Position numbers and translations under genes: made by a program
The notes under the pieces: model-generated
Databases searched by the model: none
Told to the model about the DNA's origin: nothing
What the model saw: only the letters and a program-made list of their open reading frames with translations
Origin: Nitrospirota bacterium
GTDB taxonomy: Bacteria; Nitrospirota; UBA9217
DNA length: 64,000 bases
Reading direction: 5' to 3'
Assembly: GCA_963840455.1 (NCBI GenBank)
Contig: CAWIYV010000010.1
Span: 32,001 to 96,000 of the forward strand
Shown: positions 1 through 11,800 of the stretch, piece after piece
How the letters are laid out: every line of letters starts with the position of its first letter
Position numbering within the stretch: position 1 is the first letter of the stretch

Positions 1-1084
1 CGAGCGGTGATCCGAAGAACTTGTCCTTCCACCGCGCGTGGGTCGGTTTGCCGACGATAATCTTGCCCACATTCCGGCTCCGCGCATACGCGATGACCTC
101 GTCGCTCATCCGCTGGCCCGTCAACGTCACCGTCTCGGCGCCCAGGCTCTCAGCCAGGCGCATGTGATCGGCCATCTGTTTGATATCGCTTTCCGAGGCC
201 CGTACCCGGGACGGGGCCTCAACGTGGACCGCGATCCACTCCGCCCGGAGGCCTGCAGCGAGCCTCCTCGCCGCATGGATGAGGCGGATCGAACGGGGAT
301 TATGGCCCACGCAGACGAGAATCCGCTCCCCCGCGGGCCAGATGTCCTTGATCCCCTTGTCCCTGCGGTAGGTCTGCATCTGCTCGTCGACCCGGTCCGC
401 GGTCCTGCGCAGGGCAAGCTCCCGGAGCGCGATGAGGTTGCCTTTGCGGAAGAAGTTCTCGATGGCTGCCGCCGCCTGGTCGGGCATGTACACCTTCCCC
501 TCCCTGAGGCGCTGGATCAGGTCGTCCGGCGGCAGGTCAACCAGTTCGATCTCATCGGCCCGATCGAGGAGAAAGTCGGGGACGGTCTCGCGGACATTGA
601 TGCCGGTTATCTGGGAGACCACGTCGTTCAGGCTCTCCATGTGCTGCACGTTCATTGTGGTGTAAATAGAGATGCCGGCGCCAAGCAGCTCGTAGATGTC
701 CTGCCATCGCTTCTTGTGGCGGGAACCCGGAGCATTCGTATGGGCAAGCTCGTCAACAAGCATGACTGCGGGCTTGCGAAGAAGGGCCGCATCGAGATCG
801 AACTCCTTTAAGCGAGTCCCCCGATACTCCACAGCTCTGCGGGGCAGGACCTCCAGTCCTTCGAGCAGTGCTTCGGTTTCTTTCCGGCCGTGGGTCTCGA
901 CAAGACCAACCACGATATCTACGCCCTCACGCTTCTTCTGGCGAGCTGCTTCGAGCATGGAAGAGGTCTTGCCCACGCCCGGTGCAGCGCCGAAGAAGAT
1001 CTTCAGCTGCCCTTCGCGTTTTCGCTCTTCCTCTTTGTGGGCCCGCTGGAGAAGCTCATCGGGATCAGGTCGTCGTTCTTCCAT
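1..1084 (-). CDS. kdpD: Sensor histidine kinase KdpD, N-terminal part (runs off the left edge)
   Basis: Manual minus-strand translation from ATG at 1084: MEERRPDPDELLQRAHKEEERKREGQLKIFFGAAPGVGKT, the KdpD N-terminal Walker-A signature; lies downstream of kdpFABC. Missing from the ORF track because it has no stop in the window. Confidence 0.95.
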   Translation of the reverse strand, partial: MEERRPDPDELLQRAHKEEERKREGQLKIFFGAAPGVGKTSSMLEAARQKKREGVDIVVGLVETHGRKETEALLEGLEVLPRRAVEYRGTRLKEFDLDAALLRKPAVMLVDELAHTNAPGSRHKKRWQDIYELLGAGISIYTTMNVQHMESLNDVVSQITGINVRETVPDFLLDRADEIELVDLPPDDLIQRLREGKVYMPDQAAAAIENFFRKGNLIALRELALRRTADRVDEQMQTYRRDKGIKDIWPAGERILVCVGHNPRSIRLIHAARRLAAGLRAEWIAVHVEAPSRVRASESDIKQMADHMRLAESLGAETVTLTGQRMSDEVIAYARSRNVGKIIVGKPTHARWKDKFFGSPL

Positions 1085-1225
1085 TGCGTTTGACTCCGAA
1101 ATAGTATCCCTCTGCTTTTGCTATCTTTTACTATATAGTATTTTCACGCATTTTTCATCAGCACGTACAAAAAATTGATGTTACTCTTGGCCGTATCAAA
1201 ATACTATTAAAAATAAGGGTGAAAG

Positions 1226-1246
1226 CATAAAGATTTCATAAAGATT
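1226..1246 (-). promoter_or_regulatory. Putative KdpE-type direct-repeat binding site upstream of kdpD
   Basis: CATAAAGATTTCATAAAGATT, an 11-bp-period direct repeat; the core AAGATTTCATAAAG recurs upstream of kdpF (6658-6671). Confidence 0.6.
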
Positions 1247-1271
1247 GTTACTGCCCCATGGTCCTCCTGAC

Positions 1272-1301
1272 AAAAAAAACGGGGCCCTGTCACAGGGCCC
1301 C
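1272..1301 (-). terminator. Rho-independent terminator after the kdpC-downstream gene
   Basis: GGGGCCCTG-tca-CAGGGCCCC hairpin preceded on + by an A-tract (U-tract on -). Confidence 0.8.
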
Positions 1302-1348
1302 ACCGAGAATGATGCACACTTACTTACCCGTCACTGCCGGGTATGGAC

Positions 1349-1741
1349 TTACTCTTTACATTTATCTTCGGAGGATATCACGAGGCTCGCGACATCGCCT
1401 TTTTTCGCGATGTCGCCGGCTCTCAGTTCGCCTTCAACAACCTCGCCTTTCAAATAATCCTCCCCTGCATAGGAAAGCACCCTGATCTTTCCCACTTCTT
1501 TGAATTCGTGGTTCTTGTTTTCACGGTAGACAGAAAGAACATCATTAACATTAATCGTTTTCTTCACGTCCGCGGTTCCGCTCTGGAACAGGCATACGGT
1601 CTCCCCCTTCACTTTGATCCCTTTAGTGATCTTCTCTTCGCGCTCTTCCGGAACGGGGGAAGGGGAGACGGCGTGTGCGAGCGGAGGCAATCCCAGGCAT
1701 GAGATCAACAAAACGGCAAGAAGCTTTCCAATCTTTTTCAT
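1349..1741 (-). CDS. Secreted hypothetical protein (small beta-rich domain, possibly FlgT C-terminal-like) in the kdp operon
   Basis: 130-aa ORF with a signal peptide (MKKIGKLLAVLLISCLGLPPLAHA) and GGAG RBS, 22 bp after kdpC. Confidence 0.7.
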   Translation of the reverse strand: MKKIGKLLAVLLISCLGLPPLAHAVSPSPVPEEREEKITKGIKVKGETVCLFQSGTADVKKTINVNDVLSVYRENKNHEFKEVGKIRVLSYAGEDYLKGEVVEGELRAGDIAKKGDVASLVISSEDKCKE

Positions 1742-1763
1742 GTTTTATTCTCCACGGTTATCT

Positions 1764-2330
1764 CTACTCATCGAGCGCAAGGTTCAGTTTCAGAACATTT
1801 ACCACAGGCTCGCCGATCAAGCCGAGCCAGCGGCCCTGAGTGTTCCTGGCAACAATGTCAAGGACCTTTGCGTCCTCGAGGCCCCGGGCCTTTGCCACTC
1901 GGTGTATCTGATATTCAGCAGCGGCCGGACTGATATGCGGATCAAGCCCGCTGCCGGAAGCAGTGACGAGATCCACTGGAAACTTTGCACCATTACCCGG
2001 ATCGGCAGCACGCAAAGTATCTATGCGCGCCTGGACGGCCTTCACGAGATTGGGGTTGGTCGGCCCAAGGTTGGAGCCGGAAGACGACCCGCCGTTATAG
2101 GGATAGGGGGTCGTCGATGAAAGCCTTCCCCAGAAGTACTTCGGGTCATCGAACTGCTGGCCGAGGAGTTCAGAGCCCACGGCCTTTCCGTTCTTCATGA
2201 TGACGCTTCCGTTCGCCTGCTTGGGGAATATCACGTGGGCAAGCCCGGTCACCGCAAGGGGATAGATAATCCCGGTGAGTGTGGTGAACAGCAGCAAGGA
2301 CATGAGTGCATTTCGGATCATGGTGAACAT
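1764..2330 (-). CDS. kdpC: K+-transporting ATPase subunit C
   Basis: Motifs GSELLGQQF, YFWGRLS, SGSNLGPTN, DLVTASGSGLDPHIS. Confidence 0.97.
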   Translation of the reverse strand: MFTMIRNALMSLLLFTTLTGIIYPLAVTGLAHVIFPKQANGSVIMKNGKAVGSELLGQQFDDPKYFWGRLSSTTPYPYNGGSSSGSNLGPTNPNLVKAVQARIDTLRAADPGNGAKFPVDLVTASGSGLDPHISPAAAEYQIHRVAKARGLEDAKVLDIVARNTQGRWLGLIGEPVVNVLKLNLALDE

Positions 2331-2343
2331 GGCTTCCTCCGTC

Positions 2344-4419
2344 TCAGACGATATGCAATGCCGTTATCAGTATATCGATCAGCTTGATCCCGATGAAGGG
2401 AACAATCAGGCCGCCGACGCCGTAGATCAGGGCGTTGTTCCGCAGAACCACCGAGGCCCCGAGGGGGCGGTATTTCACGCCGCGAAGCGCCAGAGGGACC
2501 AGAAATATGATGATCAACGCATTGAAGATGACCGCTGACAGGACCGCACTCTCTGGCGTTGCCAGGCCCATGATATTGAGCGCGCCAAGCGCCGGATAGA
2601 TCGAAAGAAAGGCCGCGGGAAGGATCGCGAAATATTTTGCCACGTCGTTCGCGATGCTGAAGGTCGTGAGGGTCCCCCGCGTCATCAGGAGCTGCTTGCC
2701 GATCTCGACGATCTGGATTAGCTTCGTGGGATTTGAGTCGAGGTCAACGAGATTGCCTGCCTCCTTGGCCGCCTGCGTGCCGGTGTGCATGGCAACGGCC
2801 ACGTCCGCCTGGGCAAGCGCGGGCGCATCGTTCGTGCCGTCGCCGGTCATGGCCACAAGCCTTCCGCCTTTCTGGTGCTCCCGGATGAGCTTGAGCTTGG
2901 TTTCGGGCGTAGCCTCGGCCAGGAAATCGTCCACACCGGCCTCGGCAGCAACCGCGGCGGCAGTGAGCGGGTTGTCACCAGTGATCATGATCGTTTTAAT
3001 ACCCATCTTGCGCATCTCGGCGAAGCGCTCCCTGATCCCCCCCTTGACGACATCGTTCAACCGGATGACGCCCAGCACCTTGGTCTTGTCTGCGACAACG
3101 AGCGGCGTGGCTCCCTGCTTCGCGATATCATCAACGATCGAACGGACATCGGGAGGAAACGCCCCTCCCTGCTTTTTGACATATTTTTCCACGGCATCGG
3201 CTGCGCCCTTGCGGACCTCCCGGCCATCAAAATTCACGCCGCTCATGCGTGTCTGAGCAGTGAACGGCACGAAGGATGCGCCTATCGTATGAATGTCCCG
3301 CGCGCCAAGGCCGTATTTCTCCTTCGCGAGCACCACAATGCTTCTTCCTTCGGGAGTTTCATCCGCCAGGGACGCAAGCTGTGCAGCATCGGCGAGGGTG
3401 CCCACATGCACTCCCGGAGCAGGAATGAATTCCGTAGCCTGGCGGTTTCCGAGGGTGATGGTGCCGGTCTTGTCGAGCAGGAGCACGTCAACGTCGCCGG
3501 CTGCCTCCACAGCCCGGCCTGACAGGGCGATCACGTTCGCCTGGATCATCCGGTCCATGCCTGCAATGCCGATGGCGGATAGCAGACCTCCGATCGTCGT
3601 CGGAATCAGGCAGACAAGGAGCGCAACGAGAACCGTGATCGTAATCGGGCTGCCTTGACCCGCAGCCTTGACGCTGAAGAGGGAATAGGGAAGGAGCGTC
3701 GCGCATACGAGCAGAAAAATGATCGTCATTCCGGCTAGGAGAATGTCGAGGGCGATCTCGTTCGGTGTTTTCTGGCGCTTTGCACCCTCTACCATGCCGA
3801 TCATCCGGTCAAGGAAGGTCTCTCCGGGACTGGAGGTGATCCGCACCACGAGCCAGTCCGACAGGACCGTGGTCCCGCCGGTGACGGCGCTCCGGTCACC
3901 TCCGCTCTCCCGGATCACCGGCGCGCTTTCGCCGGTCACCGCGCTTTCATTCACTGATGCCACACCCTCGACGATCTCACCGTCCATGGGAATGACGTCG
4001 CCGGCCTCCACGATGACGATGTCGCCCTTCTTCAATTGAGAAGAGGAGACCTGGGTGACGTCCGCCTGCGGGTCCGACTTCGCAAGGCGCTTGGCCATGA
4101 CATCGCGCCGTGTTTTGCGAAGTGAATCCGCCTGTGCCTTGCCGCGGCCCTCTGCCATGGATTCAGCAAAATTGGCGAAGAGCACCGTTATCCAGAGCCA
4201 GAATGAGATCTGGAATATGAAGGAAGGCGAGGCCTCTCCCTTTCCCGTGAAGAGCGCGTGGCAGAAAAGGAGCGTTGTAAGGATGCTGCCTACCTCCACA
4301 ACGAACATGACGGGATTCTTTATCTGATAAGCGGGATTGAGCTTCCTGAGTGAATCCCCGAAGGCTTTCTTTACGATTGCCGGCTCAAAGAGTTCGCGTT
4401 TATTTGCTTTACTGGTCAT
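2344..4419 (-). CDS. kdpB: K+-transporting P-type ATPase subunit B
   Basis: DKTGTIT phosphorylation site, [24 protein letters not shown]; 691 aa. Confidence 0.98.
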   Translation of the reverse strand: MTSKANKRELFEPAIVKKAFGDSLRKLNPAYQIKNPVMFVVEVGSILTTLLFCHALFTGKGEASPSFIFQISFWLWITVLFANFAESMAEGRGKAQADSLRKTRRDVMAKRLAKSDPQADVTQVSSSQLKKGDIVIVEAGDVIPMDGEIVEGVASVNESAVTGESAPVIRESGGDRSAVTGGTTVLSDWLVVRITSSPGETFLDRMIGMVEGAKRQKTPNEIALDILLAGMTIIFLLVCATLLPYSLFSVKAAGQGSPITITVLVALLVCLIPTTIGGLLSAIGIAGMDRMIQANVIALSGRAVEAAGDVDVLLLDKTGTITLGNRQATEFIPAPGVHVGTLADAAQLASLADETPEGRSIVVLAKEKYGLGARDIHTIGASFVPFTAQTRMSGVNFDGREVRKGAADAVEKYVKKQGGAFPPDVRSIVDDIAKQGATPLVVADKTKVLGVIRLNDVVKGGIRERFAEMRKMGIKTIMITGDNPLTAAAVAAEAGVDDFLAEATPETKLKLIREHQKGGRLVAMTGDGTNDAPALAQADVAVAMHTGTQAAKEAGNLVDLDSNPTKLIQIVEIGKQLLMTRGTLTTFSIANDVAKYFAILPAAFLSIYPALGALNIMGLATPESAVLSAVIFNALIIIFLVPLALRGVKYRPLGASVVLRNNALIYGVGGLIVPFIGIKLIDILITALHIV

Positions 4420-4519
4420 GCTCTTTCTCCTGCTGATACATCATTATCGTATGACTTGTTCGGAAAAGGGCATGGCGCATGGTGTGTATTCTTCACTTTC
4501 CGCCCCTTGCTCTCTGTCT

Positions 4520-6326
4520 TTATTTGGCCGTTAGCTGTTCTGCGATCGGCCCGAGCGCCCAGGCCGGCATGAATGACAAAGCTCCGACGATGAGGACGAC
4601 CCCGATCAAAAGCATTACAAACAAGAGCGTGTGCGTTGGCAATGTCCCCAGGCTTGACGGCACCTGCTTCTTCTTTGCCAGGGAACCGGCGATTGCCAGA
4701 ACCGGGATGATCACCCAGAAGCGTCCGATGAACATGGCTATGCCGAGTACCGTGTTATAAAAGACTGTGTTGGCGGAGAGGCCCGCAAAGGCGCTGCCGT
4801 TGTTGTTCGCGGCGGACGAGAACGCGTAGAGGACCTCGGAGAATCCGTGCGGTCCGGGATTTGCGATTCCCGCTACTCCCGCCTGTCGTAGCAACGCCGA
4901 CTGCAGTGCCGATCTTGACAAGAGCATTGACGATCAAGCATCAGCGAGTGCGGCCATCTTCATCTCGAACATCTCGATCTTCTTTCCGAGATATTCCGGT
5001 GTGCGTCCGACCATGAGCCCGGCGATGAAGACCGTGATAATGGCCATGATCAGCATCCCGTAGAGGCCGGAGCCCACGCCGCCGAAGATGACCTCTCCGA
5101 GCTGTATCAGCACCAGTGGATACAGCCCACCAATGGGTGTGAAGGAGTCGTGCATTGCATTGACCGAGCCGTTCGAAGCGGCTGTGGTCGCCGTGGCCCA
5201 GATCGCGGAGCTTGCGATCCCGAAGCGCGCTTCCTTGCCCTCCATATTGCCGCCGGACTGCAGGTCGCTCGCTGCCTGATCAATGCCGATGCCGCTCAAT
5301 CGGCGGATTGCCTGCCTGTTCGCTCCCGGTGCACAGAACCGTTAGCGTGACGAGCACGATGATCATTGCAGACAGGAGCGCCCAGCCCTGGCGGAGTCTC
5401 CGATCATTCTGCCGAAGGTGATGCAGAGCGCCGCCGGTATCAGCAGGATCGACAGCACCTCTAGAAAAGTTGGAGAAGTGCTGTCGGATTCTCGAAAGGA
5501 TGAGCCGAATTGACATTAAAGAATCCGCCGCCGTTCGTGCCGAGCTGCTTGATCGCGATCTGAGAAGCAGCAGGGCCGAGCGGTATGACCTGTTCATTCA
5601 GTCTTCTTGTTTCGTCACGGGATTTCCCATTTCATCCTTGATCGGGTTGCCCTTGTCATCGAGCTTCGGACTATCGTAGGTGATGGTCTGAGTGAGCGAA
5701 ACGGTCTTGTATTCGTTGAAGGTCTGTACAACCCCCTGAGATACGAGCAGCAGTGAATAAACCAGCGAAAGCGGGAGCAGGATATAGAGCGTCGAACGGG
5801 TGAGATCGAACCAGAAGTTGCCGATGGTCTCTGCTGAGTGCCTTTTGAACCCGCGGATCAGGGCAACGAGCACGGCCATTCCCGCCGCCGGCGGATACGA
5901 AATTCTGCACGCCGATCCCGGTCATCTGGGTGAGGTAGCTCATCGTGGTCTCGCCGCCGTAGGACTGCCAGTTGGTGTTGGTGATGAAGCTTACGGCAGT
6001 GTTGAAGGCAAGATCAGGTGGGACGCCGGGGAATCTCTGTGGATTGAGTGGCAGCATCCCCTGCAGCGCTGTAAGGCATAGAGCAGGAACAGCCCTCCGG
6101 CGCTAAAGATTAGCACTGCTCCGGCATACTTTTTCCAGCTCATTTCTTCTTCGGGCTTGATGCCGCAGAACCGGTAAGAAAAGACGTTCAATAGGTCCGA
6201 GCATCCGGTCCAGAGCAGGAAGGCTGTCCTTCATAGACCCGCGCCATGTAGACACCCAGCGGTTTGCCAGGAAAAGCAGAATGCCGAAATATAACAATTA
6301 TCTGCACGAATATCGTTGCCGGTCAT
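4520..6326 (-). pseudogene. kdpA: K+-transporting ATPase subunit A, broken by multiple frameshifts (or sequencing indels)
   Basis: Consecutive fragments in different frames carry KdpA motifs: [88 protein letters not shown] at 6326 overlaps the kdpF stop. Confidence 0.9.
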
Positions 6327-6415
6327 GACAATGCCTCGGGTTTGAGCAATGCGATCAAAAGATAGATCAGCAATCCGGCGGCGAGGATGCCGCTGATCCA
6401 GTAGAAGAGTTCCAT
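6323..6415 (-). CDS. kdpF: K+-transporting ATPase subunit F
   Basis: Manual translation MELFYWISGILAAGLLIYLLIALLKPEALS* (30 aa, YL..ALLKPE motif), GGAGG RBS, ATGA overlap with kdpA. Confidence 0.9.
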   Translation of the reverse strand: MELFYWISGILAAGLLIYLLIALLKPEALS

Positions 6416-6428
6416 TCTCTTCCTCCTT

Positions 6429-6509
6429 CTAGACCCTCTCAACAAGCTTTACGAAGAACCAGCTGTGCCGAATAATGCGATACCGATTCCGAGATATGCG
6501 GCAATCCAT
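6429..6509 (-). CDS. Small membrane peptide upstream of kdpF (appears to carry compensating indels)
   Basis: ATG at 6509 with GGAGG RBS and TAG at 6429; an alternative frame in the middle reads AYLGIGIALF, then SWFFVKLVERV*. This resembles the ~27-aa peptides that precede kdpF in many kdp operons. Confidence 0.55.
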   Translation of the reverse strand: MDCRISRNRYRIIRHSWFFVKLVERV

Positions 6510-6528
6510 GGAACACCTCCGGTCACGA

Positions 6529-6603
6529 TTGAAGATTCCCTGCAGCAAGCTGAAGGGAATCTTCGCTCTCAGGGTTTCATCTCCTGATCTCGCTCCTGAA
6601 TAC
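6529..6603. repeat. Dispersed hairpin repeat, copy 1 (degenerate)
   Basis: TTGAAGATTCCCTGCAGCAAGCTGAAGGGAATCTTCG...CTCAGGGT...CTCGCTCCTGAATAC; aligns with 27297-27435 and 52637-52718. Confidence 0.7.
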
Positions 6604-6635
6604 CAAGTATACCCACAAGGTGCATTAATTTGCTG

Positions 6636-6671
6636 TTAAGATTTCAAGGAAAATATTAAGATTTCATAAAG
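6636..6671 (-). promoter_or_regulatory. Putative KdpE binding region upstream of kdpFABC
   Basis: TTAAGATTTCA twice (6636-6646, 6656-6666); the second continues TAAAG and matches the motif upstream of kdpD. Confidence 0.6.
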
Positions 6672-6736
6672 GCAACGGGGAACATAGAGGGGATTCATCG
6701 AGCCAGCGGAAATAGATGCGGCGGTGTAAGGGCAAC

Positions 6737-6769
6737 AAAAAACCGGAACCCCATCGCTTGGGGTCCCGG
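6737..6769 (-). terminator. Terminator after glnA
   Basis: AAAAAA-CCGGAACCCCA...TGGGGTCCCGG hairpin. Confidence 0.7.
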
Positions 6770-6799
6770 CATGCGCTCACCTGGCTATGGGTGTAAATC

Positions 6800-8212
6800 T
6801 TAGATGTCGTAGTACAGGAAGAACTCGTACGGATGGGGCCGGAGCCGGAGGGCGTCCACTTCCTTGGTCCGCTTGTAGTTGATATGCATCTCGATGGCGT
6901 CCTTGGTGAACACATCGCCCTTCATCAGGAAGTCGTGGTCCGCCTCGAGGTTGTCCAGTGCCTCCTCGAGCGAGCCTGGCATGGACGGCACGCCGGCCAG
7001 TTCCTCGGGTGCCATATCGTAGATGTCCTTGTCCAGCGGCTGGCCCGGATCGATCTTGTTCTCGATGCCGTCGAGGCCCGCCATCAGCATGGCCGCGAAG
7101 GCCAGATAAGGATTGCACGACGGATCGGGAAAGCGAACTTCGGCCCGCTTTGCCTTCGGGTTCGCGCTGTACATGGGTATGCGGACCGAGGCCGAACGGT
7201 TCCGGCTTGAGTAGGCCAGGTTCACCGGCGCTTCAAAGCCCGGCGTGAGCCGCTTATAGGAATTCATCGTGGGGTTCGTGAAGGCAGCGATCTTCTTGGC
7301 ATGCTTCAGGATGCCGCCAATGTAGTAGAGCGCCATCTGGGACAGGCCGGCATACTGATCGCCGGCGAAGAGGGGCTTGCCGCCCTTCCAGATGGACTGG
7401 TGGGTGTGCATACCCGACCCGTTGTCGCCGAAGAGCGGCTTGGGCATGAAGGTGACCGTCTTGTTATGCCGCTTGGCCACGTTCTTGATGATGTACTTGA
7501 AGTACATGACCTGGTCGGCGCACTTGACCAGCGGGTTGAAGCGGATATCGATCTCGGCCTGGCCGGCGGTCGCCACCTCATGGTGCTGGCGCTCGACGTA
7601 GATGCCGACCTTCTGCATCTCCATGACCATCTCGGAGCGGATGTCCTCCTGGGAGTCGATGGGCGGAACCGGGAAATAACCTTCCTTGTGGCGGGGCTTG
7701 TAGCCGAGGTTCGGGTTCTCAACGCGGCCGCTGTTCCAGATGCCTTCCGAGCTGTCGATGTGATAGTAGCCTTCATGGGAGTTCTGGTCGAAGCGCACAT
7801 CGTCGAAAATGAAAAATTCCGGCTCCGGGCCCATGTAGCACGTGTCGCCGATGCCCGTGGACTTGAGGTAGGCTTCGGCCTTCTGAGCGATATACCGCGG
7901 GTCGCGTGAATAGCGCTCCTTGGTGATGGGATCGACGATATTGCAGATCAGCGACAGCGTTGCGAACTGGGTGAAGGGATCCATCACCGCCGTTTCCGCA
8001 TCGGGCACTACCAGCATGTCGCTGGTGTGAATGGACTGCCAGCCGCGAATGCTGGACCCGTCGAACCCGAGCCCATCCTCGAAGATCCCTTCGGTCAACT
8101 CGTCCACGGGCACGGAAAAGTGCTGCCACAGTCCCGGGTAGTCCATGAACTTGAAGTCCACCATCAACGCCTTGTTCTCTTTTGCCAGTTTCAATACATC
8201 TTTTGGTGTCAT
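6800..8212 (-). CDS. glnA: Glutamine synthetase type I
   Basis: [47 protein letters not shown]. The likely start MTPKDVLK at 8212 has an AGGAGG RBS; the frame stays open upstream to 8383. Confidence 0.98.
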   Translation of the reverse strand: MTPKDVLKLAKENKALMVDFKFMDYPGLWQHFSVPVDELTEGIFEDGLGFDGSSIRGWQSIHTSDMLVVPDAETAVMDPFTQFATLSLICNIVDPITKERYSRDPRYIAQKAEAYLKSTGIGDTCYMGPEPEFFIFDDVRFDQNSHEGYYHIDSSEGIWNSGRVENPNLGYKPRHKEGYFPVPPIDSQEDIRSEMVMEMQKVGIYVERQHHEVATAGQAEIDIRFNPLVKCADQVMYFKYIIKNVAKRHNKTVTFMPKPLFGDNGSGMHTHQSIWKGGKPLFAGDQYAGLSQMALYYIGGILKHAKKIAAFTNPTMNSYKRLTPGFEAPVNLAYSSRNRSASVRIPMYSANPKAKRAEVRFPDPSCNPYLAFAAMLMAGLDGIENKIDPGQPLDKDIYDMAPEELAGVPSMPGSLEEALDNLEADHDFLMKGDVFTKDAIEMHINYKRTKEVDALRLRPHPYEFFLYYDI

Positions 8213-8379
8213 GACATCCTCCTGTTCTGAATTTCGTACAGAGACCTCGGGGATCTTCTGGTTGCGATCATCTTTCGCCTGCTGCGCACGCGACAGTTTC
8301 TTTTTTACCGATTTCTTCTTGAGTGATTTTTTCACTGCTTTCCGGACAGGTTTTCGGGTACCGCTCTTTTTCCCCTTTT

Positions 8380-8760
<381 letters not shown>

Positions 8761-8872
8761 ATATTGAAACACATAAATTTCAATTGGTTATGTCATATGA
8801 AAAACGAAACGGCCGCCCAGATTTTAGGCAGCCGACTAATAAATAGGCAGGATTACCGTCCAATTGGAGGGT

Positions 8873-11800
8873 TCATTTCCTGCTCTTCTTGGTCTTCTCC
8901 TCCCGTTCGATGCGGGCGCCCTCTTCCAGGAACTTGAAGGAGATCTCTTTTTCGATGTCCTCCTTGATGGCGTCCATGGAAATGAGGTCGCCCTGCTGAA
9001 GCTCATGGACCTTGATCTCTACCTCGCGGTAGGTAGGGCCGAGATTATAGACCTTCTGGAACTGCTCGAGGGCGGAAGCGTTGTTCCCGACACCCTGGAA
9101 GGCGAGCCCCAGGTCGTAGTGCATGCCGAGCCGCTCCTCGCTCGCCTCGCCGAAACTGTACGAATACCCCAGAGCGTTCTGGATCTCCGTGATCGCGGTC
9201 TCGAAGTCGCCTTTTTCGAGATAGCAAAGGCCAAGCATGTAGCGGCTCTGGATGAACTTAGGTTCGCCCTCGTTGGTCATATTGAACTCGGAGACAGCGT
9301 CGTCGAGAAGGCCCATTTCCCGGTAAGCGACCCCCAGGTTGTAGTGGGTGTCCTCATCCTCCTTCTTCTCGTGGGCCTCCACGCCCGCCTTGAATTCCTC
9401 GAAGATCTCATCAAGGCTCTGCTCGTGGACCGTTGCCGACGTTCTTTGGGCCGGCGACGCGCTCAACTCGTCCCGGAGCTCGGCGGCAAGATCAAAGAAA
9501 TCACTGGAATCATCGGACCCTGCAGGCTCCGGCGCGGGGGCCGGCGCCTTGGGTGCCGGCCGTGTGCCAGCTCCTCTAAGCTCCCTATCAATGTCGGCGA
9601 AAGATTCCTCGGAATCCGCAGCGGAGAATCGTGCAACTGCCGGCGCAGCGGCGGCCGGGGTCTCCGTATCGATATCTGCAAAGGACTCTTCGGGCTCCTC
9701 TCTTCGCGGCGGCGGGACCGGTTCCGCGGCCTTTGCAGGTGCTTTAGCGGCAGGGGCGGTCTTCTCCCCCTTCCGCATCTCGGTGATCTCCTGCATGAGC
9801 GACCGGACCGACTGTGCATCGCTCGGCGATACGGCCTCTTCGGACGCTTCGGGCCCGGACTTGACCATGTTCTCCAGGCCCTCGACGGCCTCGGCAAGGC
9901 GCGAGAACTCCTCGTCTTCTTCCTTTTCCCGGGTTATCTCGACGACCCGCTCCATCGCCCGCCGTTCGCCCGGCTTCACGTCAAGGATCTTCTCGTAGTG
10001 CTTCCGGGCCTCGTCGAACAGCCCCTGCTGGTAGTAGAACTCCGCTTCGGCCCAGAGCTCGGCAATGTCTGTCTCGGCGGACGTCTCCTGAACGGATGCG
10101 GGATGCTCGAAGGGATGCTCTTCCTTTGCAGCGGGCGGCTGATAGGCCCTGCCCGCACGCCCTCTCTGCGGCGGCGCCTCTTCCTCGGTCTCCTCGAAGA
10201 GCATCTCGTCACCGAAGGATATCTCCTCGGCCTCTTCGGGGGCCGAGGCCGCCTTCGGCCGCCTGGGTGCGGCCGGAGGCTCCTCATCGGGGATCTGGAG
10301 CTCTTCGATGTCCTCTTCAGCCGGCGTTTGCAGCTCAAGGCCTTCGATGCCGGGAATTGCGAGTTCAGGCACCTCGTCGATGGTCTCGATGGCCTCGGGC
10401 TCCTCGATGGTCTCAATGGCCTCGGGCACTTCGGGCTCCGCTTCGGCCCCATCCATGCCGAGCTTTGCCATGATCTGGGGGTTGCCGGGCGCCAGTTCGA
10501 GCGCGGACCGCAGCACGGACTGGCTCTCATCATTCCGGCCCTTTTTTTCGTAGAGCTCGGCGAGCATGAGGGCCTGGACCACGGCCTTCATGGTGTTCTG
10601 CTGATCGCGGTACAGGTCAAGCAGGCGGGCACGGACCTTCGGATCCTCGGGATATTTCCGGACGATCCCTTCGAGCTGCTCGACCGCCTTTGCGCCGAGG
10701 CCGTACTTGATGAGCACATCCACTTCGGTGAGCGCCTCGATCACGGCAGGATCAGCGGCCTCTTCCCGGGCTTCCCTGCGCGGCGGTGCGGCGGCGGGGA
10801 CAGGCACTTCCGGAATGGCCAGTTCTTCAACGGCCTCGGACGGCTCCTCCGTGAGCTCTGCTGCGGCGGGCGCGGCAGGCTTGCTCGGCGCAACGCCGGT
10901 GAGCCCTTCGAGCCTTTCCTTCACTTCATACAGGTCCGGGGCAAGCAGGCTCGCCCGGCCAAGCACTTCGCGTGCATCATCGCGGCTGCCCCGTTCAATA
11001 AGCACGTCCGCCGCCAACATGAGCTCGCGGGCGCCGTCCGTGGCTCGGCCGAGCTTCGAAAAAAGCTCGGCAAGGGCGACAGCGCCCGCCAGGGGGTCGT
11101 GCGTGACCGCGATGAACTCCTTCAGGATTCCGGCCGCCCCCTCCAAGTCCATGCTCTCCGCCCTGTGTTCGGCGAGGATGACAGCCTCTTTCAGGGCTTT
11201 GTCGAAGTCCTGCCGGGCGAGATATATCTGGTAGAGCTTTTCGTGGAGGTCTTGGCGCGAGGGATCAAGCAACAGGAGCTTCTTGTAGACCTCGTCCGCG
11301 TCACCGGCACGGCCTGCCTTCGTGAGCGCCTCCAGATACAGATTGATCAGGTCCTGATTATCGGGATCGCTCTCAAAGGCGGGTTTGAGCGCCTTGCAGG
11401 CCTCGGCGAACTTCCCCTCCTTGAAGTAGACGATGCCTGCCTTGTGGTAAACTTCCTTGTTGTTCGGCTCGACCGCCAGGATCTTCTCGAAGATCTGGCG
11501 GGCATCCTGGAACGCATCCTTGGCGATGTGCTGGTCTGCGGCATCGAGGAAGGCCTTGACGGCCTCTTGCTGCATGCCCTCCTTGAGGTACATCTCGGTC
11601 AGCTTCATGCGGAAAGTGATGTTCGTGGGATTGAGGTCGGCCATCTTCTGGTAGATGCCGAGGGCCTGGGGCATGTCGTTCTTCTTTTTGTAATGGTCGG
11701 CGACCTTCTTGTAGCTCTCGAGGGCGTTCCCGGTGAGACCCTTGTCGGCGTTCATATCGCCAAGGGCGAGATGGACCTCGATCTTTTCGGGATCGATGTT

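Noticed and set aside
4934-5600. TGA stops in kdpA fragments as additional Sec codons or programmed frameshifts
   Set aside because: They occur after frame switches, not at conserved Cys positions, and there are too many shifts for programmed recoding.
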